Below are positions 46,382-56,986 of a DNA stretch of 64,000 nt, one piece after another; position 1 is the first letter of the stretch, and each line of letters opens with the position of its first letter. Source of the stretch: Anaerolineales bacterium (lineage in GTDB: Bacteria; Chloroflexota; Anaerolineae; Anaerolineales; E44-bin32); the NCBI GenBank assembly GCA_034430895.1, contig DAOUDW010000035.1:121189-185188 (forward strand), in the 5' to 3' direction. The notes under the pieces were generated by a model. That model was not told where the DNA came from, ran no database searches, and saw only the letters and a program-made list of their open reading frames with translations. The position numbers and the translations under genes were made by a program.

Positions 46382-48988
46382 CTAGGCTTTTGATTCGCCA
46401 TCCGAAGGATCATCACCGTTATCATCCATGAAACGCTGCTGCCATTCATACAGACGATTGAGCGCTTCCAACGGCGGAAGACTATTGAGGTCGATTTTCT
46501 TTAATTCTTCGAGTATGGGGTTTTTCTGCGGGAACAGGTTTAGCTGACGATCCGGTACATTCTTCTCATCACGCATGGCGTTCGAATCCATTTCAAAATG
46601 ATTCAGGATCTCCTGTGCCCTGTGGATCACCGGACGAGGCATGCCCGCCAATTCCGCCACGTGAATACCGTACGATTTATCCGCACCGCCGGGCACAATG
46701 GCGTGCAGGAATACGACTTCACCCCCTTCTTCCGACACTGCCACGTTGTAATTTCGTACGCCGGGTAACACTTCGGATAACTGCGTCAATTCATGATAAT
46801 GCGTGGCGAAGAGTGTTCGGGCGCGTAAACGTGGGTGATTATGCACGTATTCCACGACCGCCCAGGCGATCGAGACGCCATCATATGTACTCGTACCGCG
46901 CCCGACCTCGTCCAGGACAAGCAGACTTCGGTTTGTGGCATGATTGAGGATATTGGCCGTTTCCACCATCTCCACCATGAACGTCGATTGGCCGGCGTGA
47001 ATTTCATCTTGCGCGCCTATGCGCGTGAAAATACGATCGGTTATTCCCAGGCGCGCCGATTTCGCCGGTACGAAACTGCCCATCTGCGCCAGGAGGACGA
47101 TCAAGGCCACCTGCCGAAGATAGGTTGATTTGCCGGACATGTTCGGTCCGGTGATGATGCGAATCTTCTCGCCGTCCTCGAATACAGCGTCATTGGGGAC
47201 AAAGCGTTTCGATTCGAGGAACTTTTCGACAACCGGATGCCGTGCGCCGTAGATATCGAGCGCGTCGCCTTCAATCAATTGGGGGCGCACGTAGCCCTCG
47301 TTAGCTGCCACATCCGCCAAACCGGCGACCACGTCCAAACGCGCCAAGGCGCGAGCGGTGTTCAACAAACGCCGCGCCTGTTCGCCGATTTCCTGACATA
47401 TCTCTCGAAACAACTGTGTTTCCATTTCACGGATTTGCTCTTCCGCCGTAAGCACGCGCGATTCGTAATCCTTCATCTCCGGCGTGATGAATCTTTCGGC
47501 GTTGACCAGCGTCTGCTTGCGGATATATTCTTCTGGGACTTCTTCGCTGTGCGTGCGGGTGACCTCGATGTAGTATCCGAAGACTTTGTTGTAGCCGACC
47601 TTCAAGCTTTTGATCCCCGTGCGTTCCCGCTCCACCGATTCCAGTGCTCCGATCCACTCCCGCGCTTCTCTGGTTCCCTCAACCACATCGTCCAACGCTT
47701 GGGAAAACCCTTCACGGATCACACCAGTGTGGGCCAACGTCGCCGGCGGATCTTCGGCAATGGCGCGATGCAGCAAATCACACACATCCTCACATGCATC
47801 CAACTGCTCGCCTGTCGATGCGAATGGTCCATCTTTGTGTCCTTGCATCAATTCGATCAACGCGGGTATCCGCCCAAGCAGCTCCCGTAGGCTGGTCAGA
47901 TCGTTCGGGCCGGCGACCCCGATCGAAATACGGTTGGTCAGCCGTTCGATATCGCCAATTTTCTTCAGGTGTTCCCGCATCTCGGCCCGCCAGAGCCCAT
48001 CAGCGTAAAATGCGTCCACTTGGTCCAGACGTACCTCGATCCGTTCGATGTCGAGCAGCGGATTGCCGATCCAATGCCGGATCAGGCGTTTTCCCATTGG
48101 AGTCAAGGTCGCGTCCACAACGCCGAGCAGCGACCCCTGCACTTTTCCCGTGCGCAGGGTCTCGGTCAACTCCAGGTTCCGACGCGTAGCCGCATCCAAC
48201 ACCATCGCCTCGCTGAGCGAATAGCTCGACAATCCGGTCATCAGCTTGACGGCTTCATTCTGAGTCGACTTCAGATATTCGAGAATGGCAGCCGCGGCGC
48301 GTGCGGCCTGCGGCTTTTTACCCAAACCGAATCCATCCAGCGTCCCCGCTTTGAAATGATCTTTCAGGGTCTCCGCTGCACGGTCCAATTCGAAGCGCCA
48401 ATCCGGCAGTTTCGTGCTGTGCCCGGACCATTCCCCCTCGAGATCGAGCGACTCGGGCAGGATCACTTCCGCCGGCCGCAGGCGAATTAATTCCTGTCGA
48501 ATCACGGCCATCGCCGTCGATGTCTCCACCTGCGTGGCGGCGAATTCACTCGTGCTAACATCGGCATAGGCGATTCCGACGCCATCGTCCTCCACGACGA
48601 TAGCAAGCAAGTAGTTATTCGCATCCCCCGGCAGCAATTCCGCCTCGACGACCGTGCCCGGCGTGATTACACGTACGACCTCGCGGGGGAATAAACCGCT
48701 CACCGGTCCGTCCCCGACCTGTTCGCAAATTGCAACGTGATAGCCCTTCTCGATCAGGCGGGAGAGGTAATTTTCAGCGGCGTGATGGGGGATGCCCGCC
48801 ATGGGCACACGCGCGCCCTTGGCCACGTTGCGCGAAGTAAGCACGATGTCCAATTCCCGGGAGGTGATCTCCGCATCTTCGTCGAAGGTCTCGTAGAAAT
48901 CCCCCAGACGGAAGAAGAGAATCGCATCGGGATGCTGCTTCTTGATCTCGAGATACTGTTTACGAACCGGGGTGATTTTGGCACTCAT
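46382..48988 (-). CDS. mutS: DNA mismatch repair protein MutS
   Basis: 'TPVRKQYLEIKKQHPDAILFFRLGDFYE' and the Walker A motif 'GPNMSGKSTYLRQ'. 868 aa. Confidence 0.97.
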   Translation of the reverse strand: MSAKITPVRKQYLEIKKQHPDAILFFRLGDFYETFDEDAEITSRELDIVLTSRNVAKGARVPMAGIPHHAAENYLSRLIEKGYHVAICEQVGDGPVSGLFPREVVRVITPGTVVEAELLPGDANNYLLAIVVEDDGVGIAYADVSTSEFAATQVETSTAMAVIRQELIRLRPAEVILPESLDLEGEWSGHSTKLPDWRFELDRAAETLKDHFKAGTLDGFGLGKKPQAARAAAAILEYLKSTQNEAVKLMTGLSSYSLSEAMVLDAATRRNLELTETLRTGKVQGSLLGVVDATLTPMGKRLIRHWIGNPLLDIERIEVRLDQVDAFYADGLWRAEMREHLKKIGDIERLTNRISIGVAGPNDLTSLRELLGRIPALIELMQGHKDGPFASTGEQLDACEDVCDLLHRAIAEDPPATLAHTGVIREGFSQALDDVVEGTREAREWIGALESVERERTGIKSLKVGYNKVFGYYIEVTRTHSEEVPEEYIRKQTLVNAERFITPEMKDYESRVLTAEEQIREMETQLFREICQEIGEQARRLLNTARALARLDVVAGLADVAANEGYVRPQLIEGDALDIYGARHPVVEKFLESKRFVPNDAVFEDGEKIRIITGPNMSGKSTYLRQVALIVLLAQMGSFVPAKSARLGITDRIFTRIGAQDEIHAGQSTFMVEMVETANILNHATNRSLLVLDEVGRGTSTYDGVSIAWAVVEYVHNHPRLRARTLFATHYHELTQLSEVLPGVRNYNVAVSEEGGEVVFLHAIVPGGADKSYGIHVAELAGMPRPVIHRAQEILNHFEMDSNAMRDEKNVPDRQLNLFPQKNPILEELKKIDLNSLPPLEALNRLYEWQQRFMDDNGDDPSDGESKA

Positions 48989-49048
48989 GACAGTTGCATT
49001 CTAAGCGCTGCACGTTCAAACTTCAAGCGTCTATGATATACTCGCCGC

Positions 49049-50002
49049 ATGTCGCAAATCGTATCCGTTGACCTTGGCGGTACGCACATTCGGGCGGCGT
49101 TCTTCCCGACATTCGAACCGACCCCGGCTACGCAGACCAAAATCGAAACGCTCGCCGCTGAAGGTCCGGATGCGGTCATCGAACGCATCGCCAAAACGAT
49201 CGAATCCCAGATTTCCGATAACGTTGAAAACAATCAAATCCGCATCGGCATCGGCGCGCCGGGCCCGCTCGATCCGGCCACCGGCGTGATCCTCGAGGCG
49301 CCCAATCTGCCTGGATGGAAAAACATCCCCCTTGTCGAGCGGATCCAGGCGTATTTCAACTGCCCGGTCTTGCTGGGCAACGACGCCAACATGGCCGCGC
49401 TTGCCGAGTGGCGCTTCGGCGCCGGCGCAGGCACGCAGCATCTCGTTTATTTGACCATCAGCACCGGGATTGGCGGCGGGATTATCATCGACGGGCGTCT
49501 GCTGACCGGCGCGCATGGTTATGCCGGCGAAGTGGGCCATGTCAGCATATCGCTCGACGGGCCCCGCTGTGGCTGCGGCCAATACGGACACGTGGAGGCA
49601 TTGGCCGCCGGCCCTGCAATCGCCCGTCGGGCAAACGATAAATTATCCGCCGGCCAGGAATCTTCGTTGCGCGAGAAGTACGAAGCCGGAGGAGAAATCC
49701 GAGCCGAAGACATCGGCCAGGCAGCGCACCAAGGCGATTCCCTGGCCCTGGAAACGCTCAACGAAATCGGAGACATTCTCGGCAATCACCTGGCGAATTT
49801 GGCGCACACATTCAATCCTGAAATTTTCGTTCTCGGTGGAGGAGTCTCGCAGATCGGAGAACCATTCTTTGAGCCCATCCGAGAAGCCATTCGAAAGTAC
49901 GTCATTCACCCGTTTTATCTAGAGGGTCTGCGTATCATCCCTGCGGCTTTGGGGGACGATGCCGGGCTCGTAGGCGCAATGATTCTCGCCCATCAAATAT
50001 AA
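49049..50002 (+). CDS. ROK-family sugar kinase (glucokinase-like)
   Basis: 'VSVDLGGTHIRAA', 'GNDANMAALAE' and the ROK zinc motif 'GHVSISLDGPRCGCGQYGHVEA'. Confidence 0.85.
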   Translation: MSQIVSVDLGGTHIRAAFFPTFEPTPATQTKIETLAAEGPDAVIERIAKTIESQISDNVENNQIRIGIGAPGPLDPATGVILEAPNLPGWKNIPLVERIQAYFNCPVLLGNDANMAALAEWRFGAGAGTQHLVYLTISTGIGGGIIIDGRLLTGAHGYAGEVGHVSISLDGPRCGCGQYGHVEALAAGPAIARRANDKLSAGQESSLREKYEAGGEIRAEDIGQAAHQGDSLALETLNEIGDILGNHLANLAHTFNPEIFVLGGGVSQIGEPFFEPIREAIRKYVIHPFYLEGLRIIPAALGDDAGLVGAMILAHQI

Positions 50003-50004
50003 AC

Positions 50005-51591
50005 ATGGAAAATAAAATCACATCAAAATTGACCATCACTATCCTTGCCTGCGCGCTGATCGTATGTGCTTGTTCGAGTTCAAACGAGGCGAATTCGATC
50101 GTCTACGGACTCACGCTGGCACCCTCCGGCATCGACCCGCATTTGAACGCCTCCGCCGAACTGGGTATCCCACTCAGTTCGGTGTACGACACGCTGATCT
50201 TTCAAGATCCGGACAGCGGTGCGTTCGTTCCCGGGCTCGCCGAAGAATGGACGATCAGCGACGACGGTCTTACCTACACGTTCGACCTGCGCGACGACGT
50301 CATTTTTCACGACGGAACCCCATTCAATGCCGACGCCGTGATCGCCAATATCGACTACACCACCGATCCCGAGAACCATTCTTTTAAAGCCGCTCTCATG
50401 CTGGGGCCATTGGCGGGCGTCGAAGTACTCGACGAATACACCGTCGTTTTCCGCCTCGAAGAACCCTATGCACCGCTGCTGGACGCCCTCTCACAGGTCT
50501 ATCTGGGAATGGCATCGCCGCTTGCCCTGGAAACCTGGGGACCGAGTGAATATCAATACCATCAAGTAGGCACGGGTCCTTATCGATTCGTTGAATACGT
50601 TCCCAACGATCACCTTACCCTTTCCCGCTATGAAGATTACAACTGGGCGCCATCGATTTACAATCAACGCAGCGCTTCGATCGAAACCATTGTCTTCCGT
50701 TTCTATGAAGATTCCGCCACACGCGCCCTTGCGCTGGAAAGTGGTGAAGTCGATGTTATTGGCGAGGTGCCGCATCTCGATGCCACCCGGCTGGATGCGG
50801 ATGAGGATTTCGAGCTGCACCCCATCGCCATACCCGGCCAGCCAATGCAATTCTTGTTCAACACGCTGCGCAGCCCAACCGACGATGTGCGTGTACGTGA
50901 AGCGTTAATCGCCGCCGTCGATCGCGCCGATGTGGTCAAGACTGTATTTGGGACACACTCCCCGGTCGCAAATGGCCCGTTGTCTGCCGTCACAAAAGGT
51001 TACTCGCCCGAGGCGCCCTTCCCCGGCTACGATCCGGGCCATGCGGCAGATCTGCTGGAAGCAGCCGGATGGCAAGACGATGACGGTGATGGAATCCGCA
51101 GGCGTGAAGGTGAAGAGCTTCACATTCACATCGTCGCGCCACCCTGGGGCTCGAATTCAGAAGTCGCCCAACTGCTGCGTGCGGCATGGGATAAAGTGGG
51201 CGCCACCGTCGAAATCGAGATCGCCCCGGGTTTCGGCCCACTCAACGAAGTCCAAGCATCGGGAGCGTATCATCTTATTGGAATCAATCTTTTTGATTCC
51301 GATCCCGATCTGCTGCGGTCCTTTTACACCAGCGAGGGGTTTTATAATTGGAGCGGATATTCCGATCCGGATCTAGATCGCATACTCAATCAGGCTGCAC
51401 AGGCTTCCCTGGACGCTGAACTGCGTTGGGAGTTGTACGCGGCAGCAGCCACACTGATACGCGATCAGGCGTTGCTGATACCGATTCGGGATTACGTCAA
51501 TCTCGTGGTGACCAGCAATCGCCTGGAAGGTTTACATTTCTCAGCCCAAGGATGGTTTCCTTTACTGATCGATCTGGAAACGGCGCGCTAA
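50005..51591 (+). CDS. ABC transporter substrate-binding lipoprotein (family 5, peptide/oligosaccharide type)
   Basis: A lipobox in 'LACALIVCACSSS' and family-5 SBP-like motifs ('YTFDLRDDVIFHDGTPFNA'). The start lies 3 nt after the ROK stop. Confidence 0.85.
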   Translation: MENKITSKLTITILACALIVCACSSSNEANSIVYGLTLAPSGIDPHLNASAELGIPLSSVYDTLIFQDPDSGAFVPGLAEEWTISDDGLTYTFDLRDDVIFHDGTPFNADAVIANIDYTTDPENHSFKAALMLGPLAGVEVLDEYTVVFRLEEPYAPLLDALSQVYLGMASPLALETWGPSEYQYHQVGTGPYRFVEYVPNDHLTLSRYEDYNWAPSIYNQRSASIETIVFRFYEDSATRALALESGEVDVIGEVPHLDATRLDADEDFELHPIAIPGQPMQFLFNTLRSPTDDVRVREALIAAVDRADVVKTVFGTHSPVANGPLSAVTKGYSPEAPFPGYDPGHAADLLEAAGWQDDDGDGIRRREGEELHIHIVAPPWGSNSEVAQLLRAAWDKVGATVEIEIAPGFGPLNEVQASGAYHLIGINLFDSDPDLLRSFYTSEGFYNWSGYSDPDLDRILNQAAQASLDAELRWELYAAAATLIRDQALLIPIRDYVNLVVTSNRLEGLHFSAQGWFPLLIDLETAR

Positions 51592-52514
51592 GAACCGTCG
51601 CTCGCCGATTGCTTGAGGGTTTGATCACCGCCTGGGCAGCGGTAACGGTTACGTTTTTTGCGCTTCATCTCACTGCCGGTGATCCGCTCTCGGGTTTGTT
51701 CAGCCGAGGCCTTGCGACTCAAGAACAGATCGAAACCACTCGCATCAGCCTTGGCCTCGATGCCCCATTACTCATTCAGTATCTTCGTTATTTAGCCGGC
51801 ATCTTTCGCGGCGACCTGGGCGTTTCGCTCTACACGCGTCGTCCTGTCAGCCAGGAAATCTTCGCGCAGCTCCCGTCGACACTGGAATTGGCCTTCTCTG
51901 GACTGTTGATTGCCATTTCGCTCGGCTTCGTTCTTGGGATTCTATCTGCCTGGAGAGAGCATCACTTCACTGGGAAACTTGCCGCGTTGGTCACCGGCAT
52001 GGCGACTGGTTTTCCCGTCGCCTTCACAGGCATCCTTGCCCTCTACGCCGTACGAACCAGCTACCAACATCTACCCAATGGATCTTTATCCCCCATTCAG
52101 CATCTCGTACTTCCTGCACTCGTGCTCGGATTCGCTTCGGCAGGCGGCATTGCGCGTGTGGTTCATGCCGGATTGCGAGAGAGTATGCGCAAGCCCTACA
52201 TGCTCGCCGTGCAAGCTCGAGGCATACAGCGAGGCTTTCGATTCCTCTGGCACGCGTTGAAACCTTCCCTCCCACCTGCTGTCTCCATGAGCGCCTTGGA
52301 AGCAGCTTTCTTGCTCTCCGGAACCGTTGTCACGGAGACGATCTTCGCCCGCCCGGGACTTGGAAGGTTGTTGATCGATTCGATCCTCGATGGGGATTAT
52401 CCCATCGCCATGGGAATCGTTGCCATCGTCGCCATTTTCTACACATTGAGTCACATCTTCGCCGATCTCGTCTCTGTGGCAATCGACCCCCGTCTTCGCA
52501 GGCGTTCCCAATGA
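51552..52514 (+). CDS. ABC transporter permease (DppB/OppB type)
   Basis: 'RRLLEGLITAWAAVTVTFFALHL' is a typical N-terminus. The only in-frame start near it is ATG 51552, which overlaps the SBP gene by 40 nt. The exact start is uncertain. Confidence 0.82.
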   Translation: MVSFTDRSGNGALRTVARRLLEGLITAWAAVTVTFFALHLTAGDPLSGLFSRGLATQEQIETTRISLGLDAPLLIQYLRYLAGIFRGDLGVSLYTRRPVSQEIFAQLPSTLELAFSGLLIAISLGFVLGILSAWREHHFTGKLAALVTGMATGFPVAFTGILALYAVRTSYQHLPNGSLSPIQHLVLPALVLGFASAGGIARVVHAGLRESMRKPYMLAVQARGIQRGFRFLWHALKPSLPPAVSMSALEAAFLLSGTVVTETIFARPGLGRLLIDSILDGDYPIAMGIVAIVAIFYTLSHIFADLVSVAIDPRLRRRSQ

Positions 52515-53314
52515 AACGACTGGCGGATTACCTGGCATTCTTCTGGCTGTCGCTGGTTGTGATCCTCGCCATCCTCGCTCCCTGGATCGCACCTGCAAAT
52601 CCCTACCACCCCGTCGCCGATCCGCTCTTGTCGCCGCATGCCCACCCTCCCCTTGGGACAGATAATCTTGGCCGCGATCTCTGGTCGCGGCTGCTGTTCG
52701 GTTGCCGGATCAGCCCTGGCGCTGCTCTGCTCTCAGCACTACTAACGTTGGTCATTGGCAGTCTACTGGGATTCGTCGCCGCCATTCTGGGCGGGAAGAT
52801 CGATCGTATCCTCTCCGCAGTTGTCAACGCTGCGCTTGCTGTCCCGGCTCTTTTACTGGCCATGCTTCTTGTTGCCGGTTTCGGTCCGGGCATCACGACG
52901 GTAATTGTGGCGATCGGCCTGGGTGGCGCGCCTGCCTTCGCGCGTGTGACGCGCACGATCTGTCTGCAGTTAATGGAAAAAGAATACATCTACGCCGCAG
53001 AGGCTTTGGGCGCCACTCGTCCGCACATCGTGTTTCGACATCTGCTTCCCAACGCTGCCGGCCAGATCGTCATCCTCGCCACGACCCACTATGCCTGGGC
53101 GTTCATGGGTATCACCACTCTGACGTTCCTCGGCCTGGCCGGCGATCCATCCCTTCCAGATTGGGGATCGATCCTCAATCAAGGTCGTTCCTTTCTCACA
53201 CAAGCGCCCTGGTTCGTCTTGGCGCCAGGGTCCGCGATTACGATGACCATTTTGTCCATCCACCACATCGGTGCTTCGTTTACCGCTCCGGAATTCCCTG
53301 CACACATTCGCTGA
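52511..53314 (+). CDS. ABC transporter permease (DppC/OppC type)
   Basis: 'PLGTDNLGRDLWSRLLFG' is the conserved OppC N-terminal motif. There is a 4-nt overlap with the upstream permease gene. Confidence 0.87.
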   Translation: MKRLADYLAFFWLSLVVILAILAPWIAPANPYHPVADPLLSPHAHPPLGTDNLGRDLWSRLLFGCRISPGAALLSALLTLVIGSLLGFVAAILGGKIDRILSAVVNAALAVPALLLAMLLVAGFGPGITTVIVAIGLGGAPAFARVTRTICLQLMEKEYIYAAEALGATRPHIVFRHLLPNAAGQIVILATTHYAWAFMGITTLTFLGLAGDPSLPDWGSILNQGRSFLTQAPWFVLAPGSAITMTILSIHHIGASFTAPEFPAHIR

Positions 53315-53438
53315 GTGCCAATCTGATATTCAGTGTGGTAAACTGGATCAACATCGTTCCTGTGCTGTGATTAATGGGATTATGGCTTGGCTTATTGCCC
53401 TCTCACAGATAGATACTTCGGTCAGATAGGCAAACGAC

Positions 53439-54410
53439 TTGATCGTCACCCTGCTGGCATTGGCACTGATTTTTGACTTTCTAAACGGCATTCACGACAG
53501 CTCCAACATCGTTGCCGGTGTGATTTCGTCTCGCGCCATGCGGCCCAAAAACGCGTTGGCGCTTTCTGCGGTGGCAAATTTCATCGGTCCATTCTTGTTT
53601 GGCGTGGCAGTTGCCAAGACTGTTGGCGATGGCCTGCTCGACATCGACGCTATCGATCTGAACGTTGTCACAGCCGCACTGACATCAGCGATCCTTTGGA
53701 ATGTGATCACCTGGTATATTGGTATCCCATCATCATCTTCACACGCACTGATCGGCGGTCTTTTGGGCGGCGCCATTCTTGCGGATGGCTTTAAAGTCGT
53801 TCAAATCGCTGGTCTACTCAAAATCTTACTCACATTGCTGATTTCACCTCTGCTCGGGATGCTGGTCGGATTCTTCTTCATTCGACTTATTCTCTGGTTG
53901 TTTCGCAAAGCAACACCAAAAGTCAACACCCTTTTTCGACGCATTCAGGTTTTGACCCTTCTCGGTCTGGCTCTGAGCCATGGCGCCAACGACGCCCAGA
54001 AAACAATGGGCGTTATTACCCTGGGCCTGGTATTAATGGGGAGAATATCCACTTTTACCGTACCGATCTGGGTAATTACGATCAGCGCGGCCGCCATTGC
54101 GTTGGGAACTGCAATCGGCGGCTGGCGCCTGATCCGCACACTTGGCGGCAAGATCTTCCGCATCCGCCCCGTGCACGCCTTCTCATCTCAAGTCGCTGGA
54201 TCGGCCGTAATTCTCAGCGCTGCTATCTTTGGCGGACCGGTCAGCACGACTCAAGTCATGAGCTCCGCCATCGTGGGTGTTGGTGCGGGTCAGCGCATGA
54301 ACATGGTGCGTTGGCAGGTTTTGGGCGAGATGGTCGTAGCCTGGCTTTTTACCATCCCCCTTACAGCCGGATTATCTGCCCTCTTGTTCCTGATTTTCGA
54401 AGCCTTCTAA
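53439..54410 (+). CDS. Inorganic phosphate transporter, PiT family
   Basis: 'FDFLNGIHDSSNIVA' and 'SHGANDAQKTMG' are the duplicated PiT signatures. A TTG start is inferred. Confidence 0.9.
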   Translation: MIVTLLALALIFDFLNGIHDSSNIVAGVISSRAMRPKNALALSAVANFIGPFLFGVAVAKTVGDGLLDIDAIDLNVVTAALTSAILWNVITWYIGIPSSSSHALIGGLLGGAILADGFKVVQIAGLLKILLTLLISPLLGMLVGFFFIRLILWLFRKATPKVNTLFRRIQVLTLLGLALSHGANDAQKTMGVITLGLVLMGRISTFTVPIWVITISAAAIALGTAIGGWRLIRTLGGKIFRIRPVHAFSSQVAGSAVILSAAIFGGPVSTTQVMSSAIVGVGAGQRMNMVRWQVLGEMVVAWLFTIPLTAGLSALLFLIFEAF

Positions 54411-55339
54411 TCCGTTTCCATGCACCACGCCGATATTATCGAAACCATCTCTTTACCAACATCCAGGTTTGCATCCAGCCAATGAATCTTTGGGTCATCC
54501 GGTTTAAACCAGTTCGCTTGCCTGCGTACAAATTGCCTCGTTAAACGGCGGATTTGCAGGATAGCTTCATCCAGAGTTATTTTTCCCTGCAAGTGCTCTG
54601 CAATTTGCTTGTATCCAATTGCGGACATCGCCACGTTCTTCGGACCTACGCCTTTGGATAACAGCGTCCGGACCTCCTCGATAAAACCTGCTTCGATCAT
54701 GGCATCGATGCGTGCATCGATTCTGGCATACAGCTGCTTACGCGGCATTTGAAGTCCAATCCGCAGCACATCAAATTTTGGCGGCGCTTTTCTGCGCATA
54801 CTGCTTGCCGGCACGCCGCTGATATGGCTGATTTCCAAGGCACGAACCACGCGGCGCACATTTCGATGATCGATACGCTGCGCCGAAACCGGATCGATTT
54901 CGTTAAGTCTTTCGTGCAACGCCTGGGAGCCATGTTCCCTTGCATACGCCTCGAATTCGCGCCGCAGTTCTGGATCGCTTTCCTTCGGCGGTGGCTGCCA
55001 TCCTTCTAAAATGGCGGCAAAATATTGCCCCGTCCCCCCGACGAGCATCGGCAGTCGCTCTCGCGCATGGATTTCACCAATCGCATCCAATGCAGCCTGA
55101 CAATAATCGACCAATGACCAAGGCGTTTCAGGATCGGCCACATCGATGAGATGATGGGGAACCTGTGCCCTTTGTTGCGGTGTCGGTTTCGCCGTGCCGA
55201 TATCCATGCCGCGGTAGATCTGACGTGAATCCACAGAGATAATTTCCGAATTCATTTCTCGGGCTGCGAGTATCGCCGCATCGGTCTTACCAACGGCGGT
55301 GGGCCCGAAAACGGCAGCAACCCGATTGGCGATATTCAC
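54407..55339 (-). CDS. miaA: tRNA dimethylallyltransferase
   Basis: P-loop 'GPTAVGKT', 'SVDSRQIYRGMDIGTAKP' and 'HHLID'. Confidence 0.93.
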   Translation of the reverse strand: MNIANRVAAVFGPTAVGKTDAAILAAREMNSEIISVDSRQIYRGMDIGTAKPTPQQRAQVPHHLIDVADPETPWSLVDYCQAALDAIGEIHARERLPMLVGGTGQYFAAILEGWQPPPKESDPELRREFEAYAREHGSQALHERLNEIDPVSAQRIDHRNVRRVVRALEISHISGVPASSMRRKAPPKFDVLRIGLQMPRKQLYARIDARIDAMIEAGFIEEVRTLLSKGVGPKNVAMSAIGYKQIAEHLQGKITLDEAILQIRRLTRQFVRRQANWFKPDDPKIHWLDANLDVGKEMVSIISAWCMETD

Positions 55340-55737
55340 AATCCCTGCTCCTCTTCGATCGCATTTTCGTAATGTGCGATGCGATCCACACTCCCGTATC
55401 GATGGGCATCAATGGCTACAACGTCGATTCTCCAACTCGTATCAAAGTGATCGTGTTCTTGCAGATAACTTAAAGCCGCTTGTTGAATGTGTCGGCGTTT
55501 ATCTCTCGTCAGGCTTTCCTCAGGCGTACCGTAGGCATCCGATGTACGTGTGCGAACCTCCACAATCACCAGGGTTTCATTGTCCAGAGCGACGATATCG
55601 ATCTCGCCTTCCTCGCAGCACCAATTTCGGTCCAATATTTCAAATCCCTTCGACTGCAGATAGCGCGCTGCCACATCTTCTCCCCATTTGCCCAATTCAT
55701 GCGATCGCATCACAATATTCACTCCACGGTAAACCAT
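55336..55737 (-). CDS. yraN: YraN-family (UPF0102) endonuclease-like protein
   Basis: 'GEDVAARYLQSKGFEILDRNW' and 'GEIDIVALDNETLVIVEVRTR'. The start could instead be the ATG at 55710. Confidence 0.85.
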   Translation of the reverse strand: MVYRGVNIVMRSHELGKWGEDVAARYLQSKGFEILDRNWCCEEGEIDIVALDNETLVIVEVRTRTSDAYGTPEESLTRDKRRHIQQAALSYLQEHDHFDTSWRIDVVAIDAHRYGSVDRIAHYENAIEEEQGL

Positions 55738-55840
55738 ATCATTGTACAGGATTCATGGACCAGAATCCGGTCCGCGCGAATATAATAGGCATAATCAAAT
55801 CATCGACTCATAGAAAAACGAGCTGTCCATAAAGAATATC

Positions 55841-56986
55841 ATGCAAGCAGAGATCATCTCTATCGGCACTGAATTGCTACTGGGCGAAATCGTCGACACC
55901 AACACGCGCCTCATTGCACGAGCGCTGCGCGAAATTGGCGTGAATGTTTTCCGCACATCCACTGTCGGGGATAACGCCGATCGAATTGCCGAGGCCATTC
56001 GCGAGAGCACTCAGCGTGCGCAAATCGTGATCACAACAGGCGGCCTGGGTCCAACGATCGATGATGCCACACGAGAAGGCATTGCGTTGGCGCTCGAGCG
56101 AGTGCTCGAATTCCGTCCTGAACTTTGGCGGCAGATCCAGGACCGTTTCGCCCGCTTTGGGCGAAAACCTACAAAGAACAATCGCCGTCAAGCGCACCTG
56201 CCACGCGGTGCAACGGCGATCGAGAATCCCATCGGTACGGCCCCAGGATTCTATTTCGAAAGCGCTACATCCGTCATCTTCGCCCTTCAAGGCGTTCCAG
56301 CAGAGATGGAGTACGCGGTGGAAAATGCTGTGATTCCATATCTGCGCGAAAAATTTAACTTGAAGAGTGTCATCAAGACACGCATTATTCGCACTTCAGG
56401 CCTGGGCGAATCCGCCGTGGATACACGCATCGAGGACCTGGAGAAACTCAACAACCCTACTGTGGGTTTGGCGGCACACCCCGGATGTGTTGATGTTCGC
56501 ATCACGGCGAAGGCGAAAACTATCGATCAGGCGGATGAGTTGATCTCTCGTTTCGAATCCACGATCCGTCAACGCCTGGGCGAGCATGTTTATGGCGTAG
56601 ACGACCACACTTTGGAAGCCGCCACATTGGCCCGTGTCGCAGCCTACCGTTTGCGCCTGGTTGTCGTTGAATGTGGCACGAACGGAGCACTCACCGCCGC
56701 GCTGGCTCCAATGGAAGATCCATTTGTGTGCGGTCAGATCTTGACTCACGATGAAGATCAAGAGCAATTCTCCGCCGCATTGAGGCTTCTGCAGCAATCC
56801 CAAATGGCACGACTTGGAATGGGTGTATATTTGACATCGGAAGGTGAGCGCCACATCTGCAAGATTTTCATCAACTCACCGGTCGGAAATGAGTTGCTGA
56901 CACGTACCTACGGCGGTCCTCCATCGTATGCAGCACAATGGGCAGCGAATGTGGCCCTCGATCGTTTGCGCCGCCATCTTGCTTGA
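55841..56986 (+). CDS. cinA: CinA-like competence/damage-inducible protein (MoCF domain; degenerate C-terminal domain)
   Basis: 'AEIISIGTELLLGEIVDTNT' and 'ITTGGLGPTIDD'. In the C-terminal region, 'VVECGTNGALTAAL' stands where PncC has 'AESCTGG'. Confidence 0.8.
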   Translation: MQAEIISIGTELLLGEIVDTNTRLIARALREIGVNVFRTSTVGDNADRIAEAIRESTQRAQIVITTGGLGPTIDDATREGIALALERVLEFRPELWRQIQDRFARFGRKPTKNNRRQAHLPRGATAIENPIGTAPGFYFESATSVIFALQGVPAEMEYAVENAVIPYLREKFNLKSVIKTRIIRTSGLGESAVDTRIEDLEKLNNPTVGLAAHPGCVDVRITAKAKTIDQADELISRFESTIRQRLGEHVYGVDDHTLEAATLARVAAYRLRLVVVECGTNGALTAALAPMEDPFVCGQILTHDEDQEQFSAALRLLQQSQMARLGMGVYLTSEGERHICKIFINSPVGNELLTRTYGGPPSYAAQWAANVALDRLRRHLA

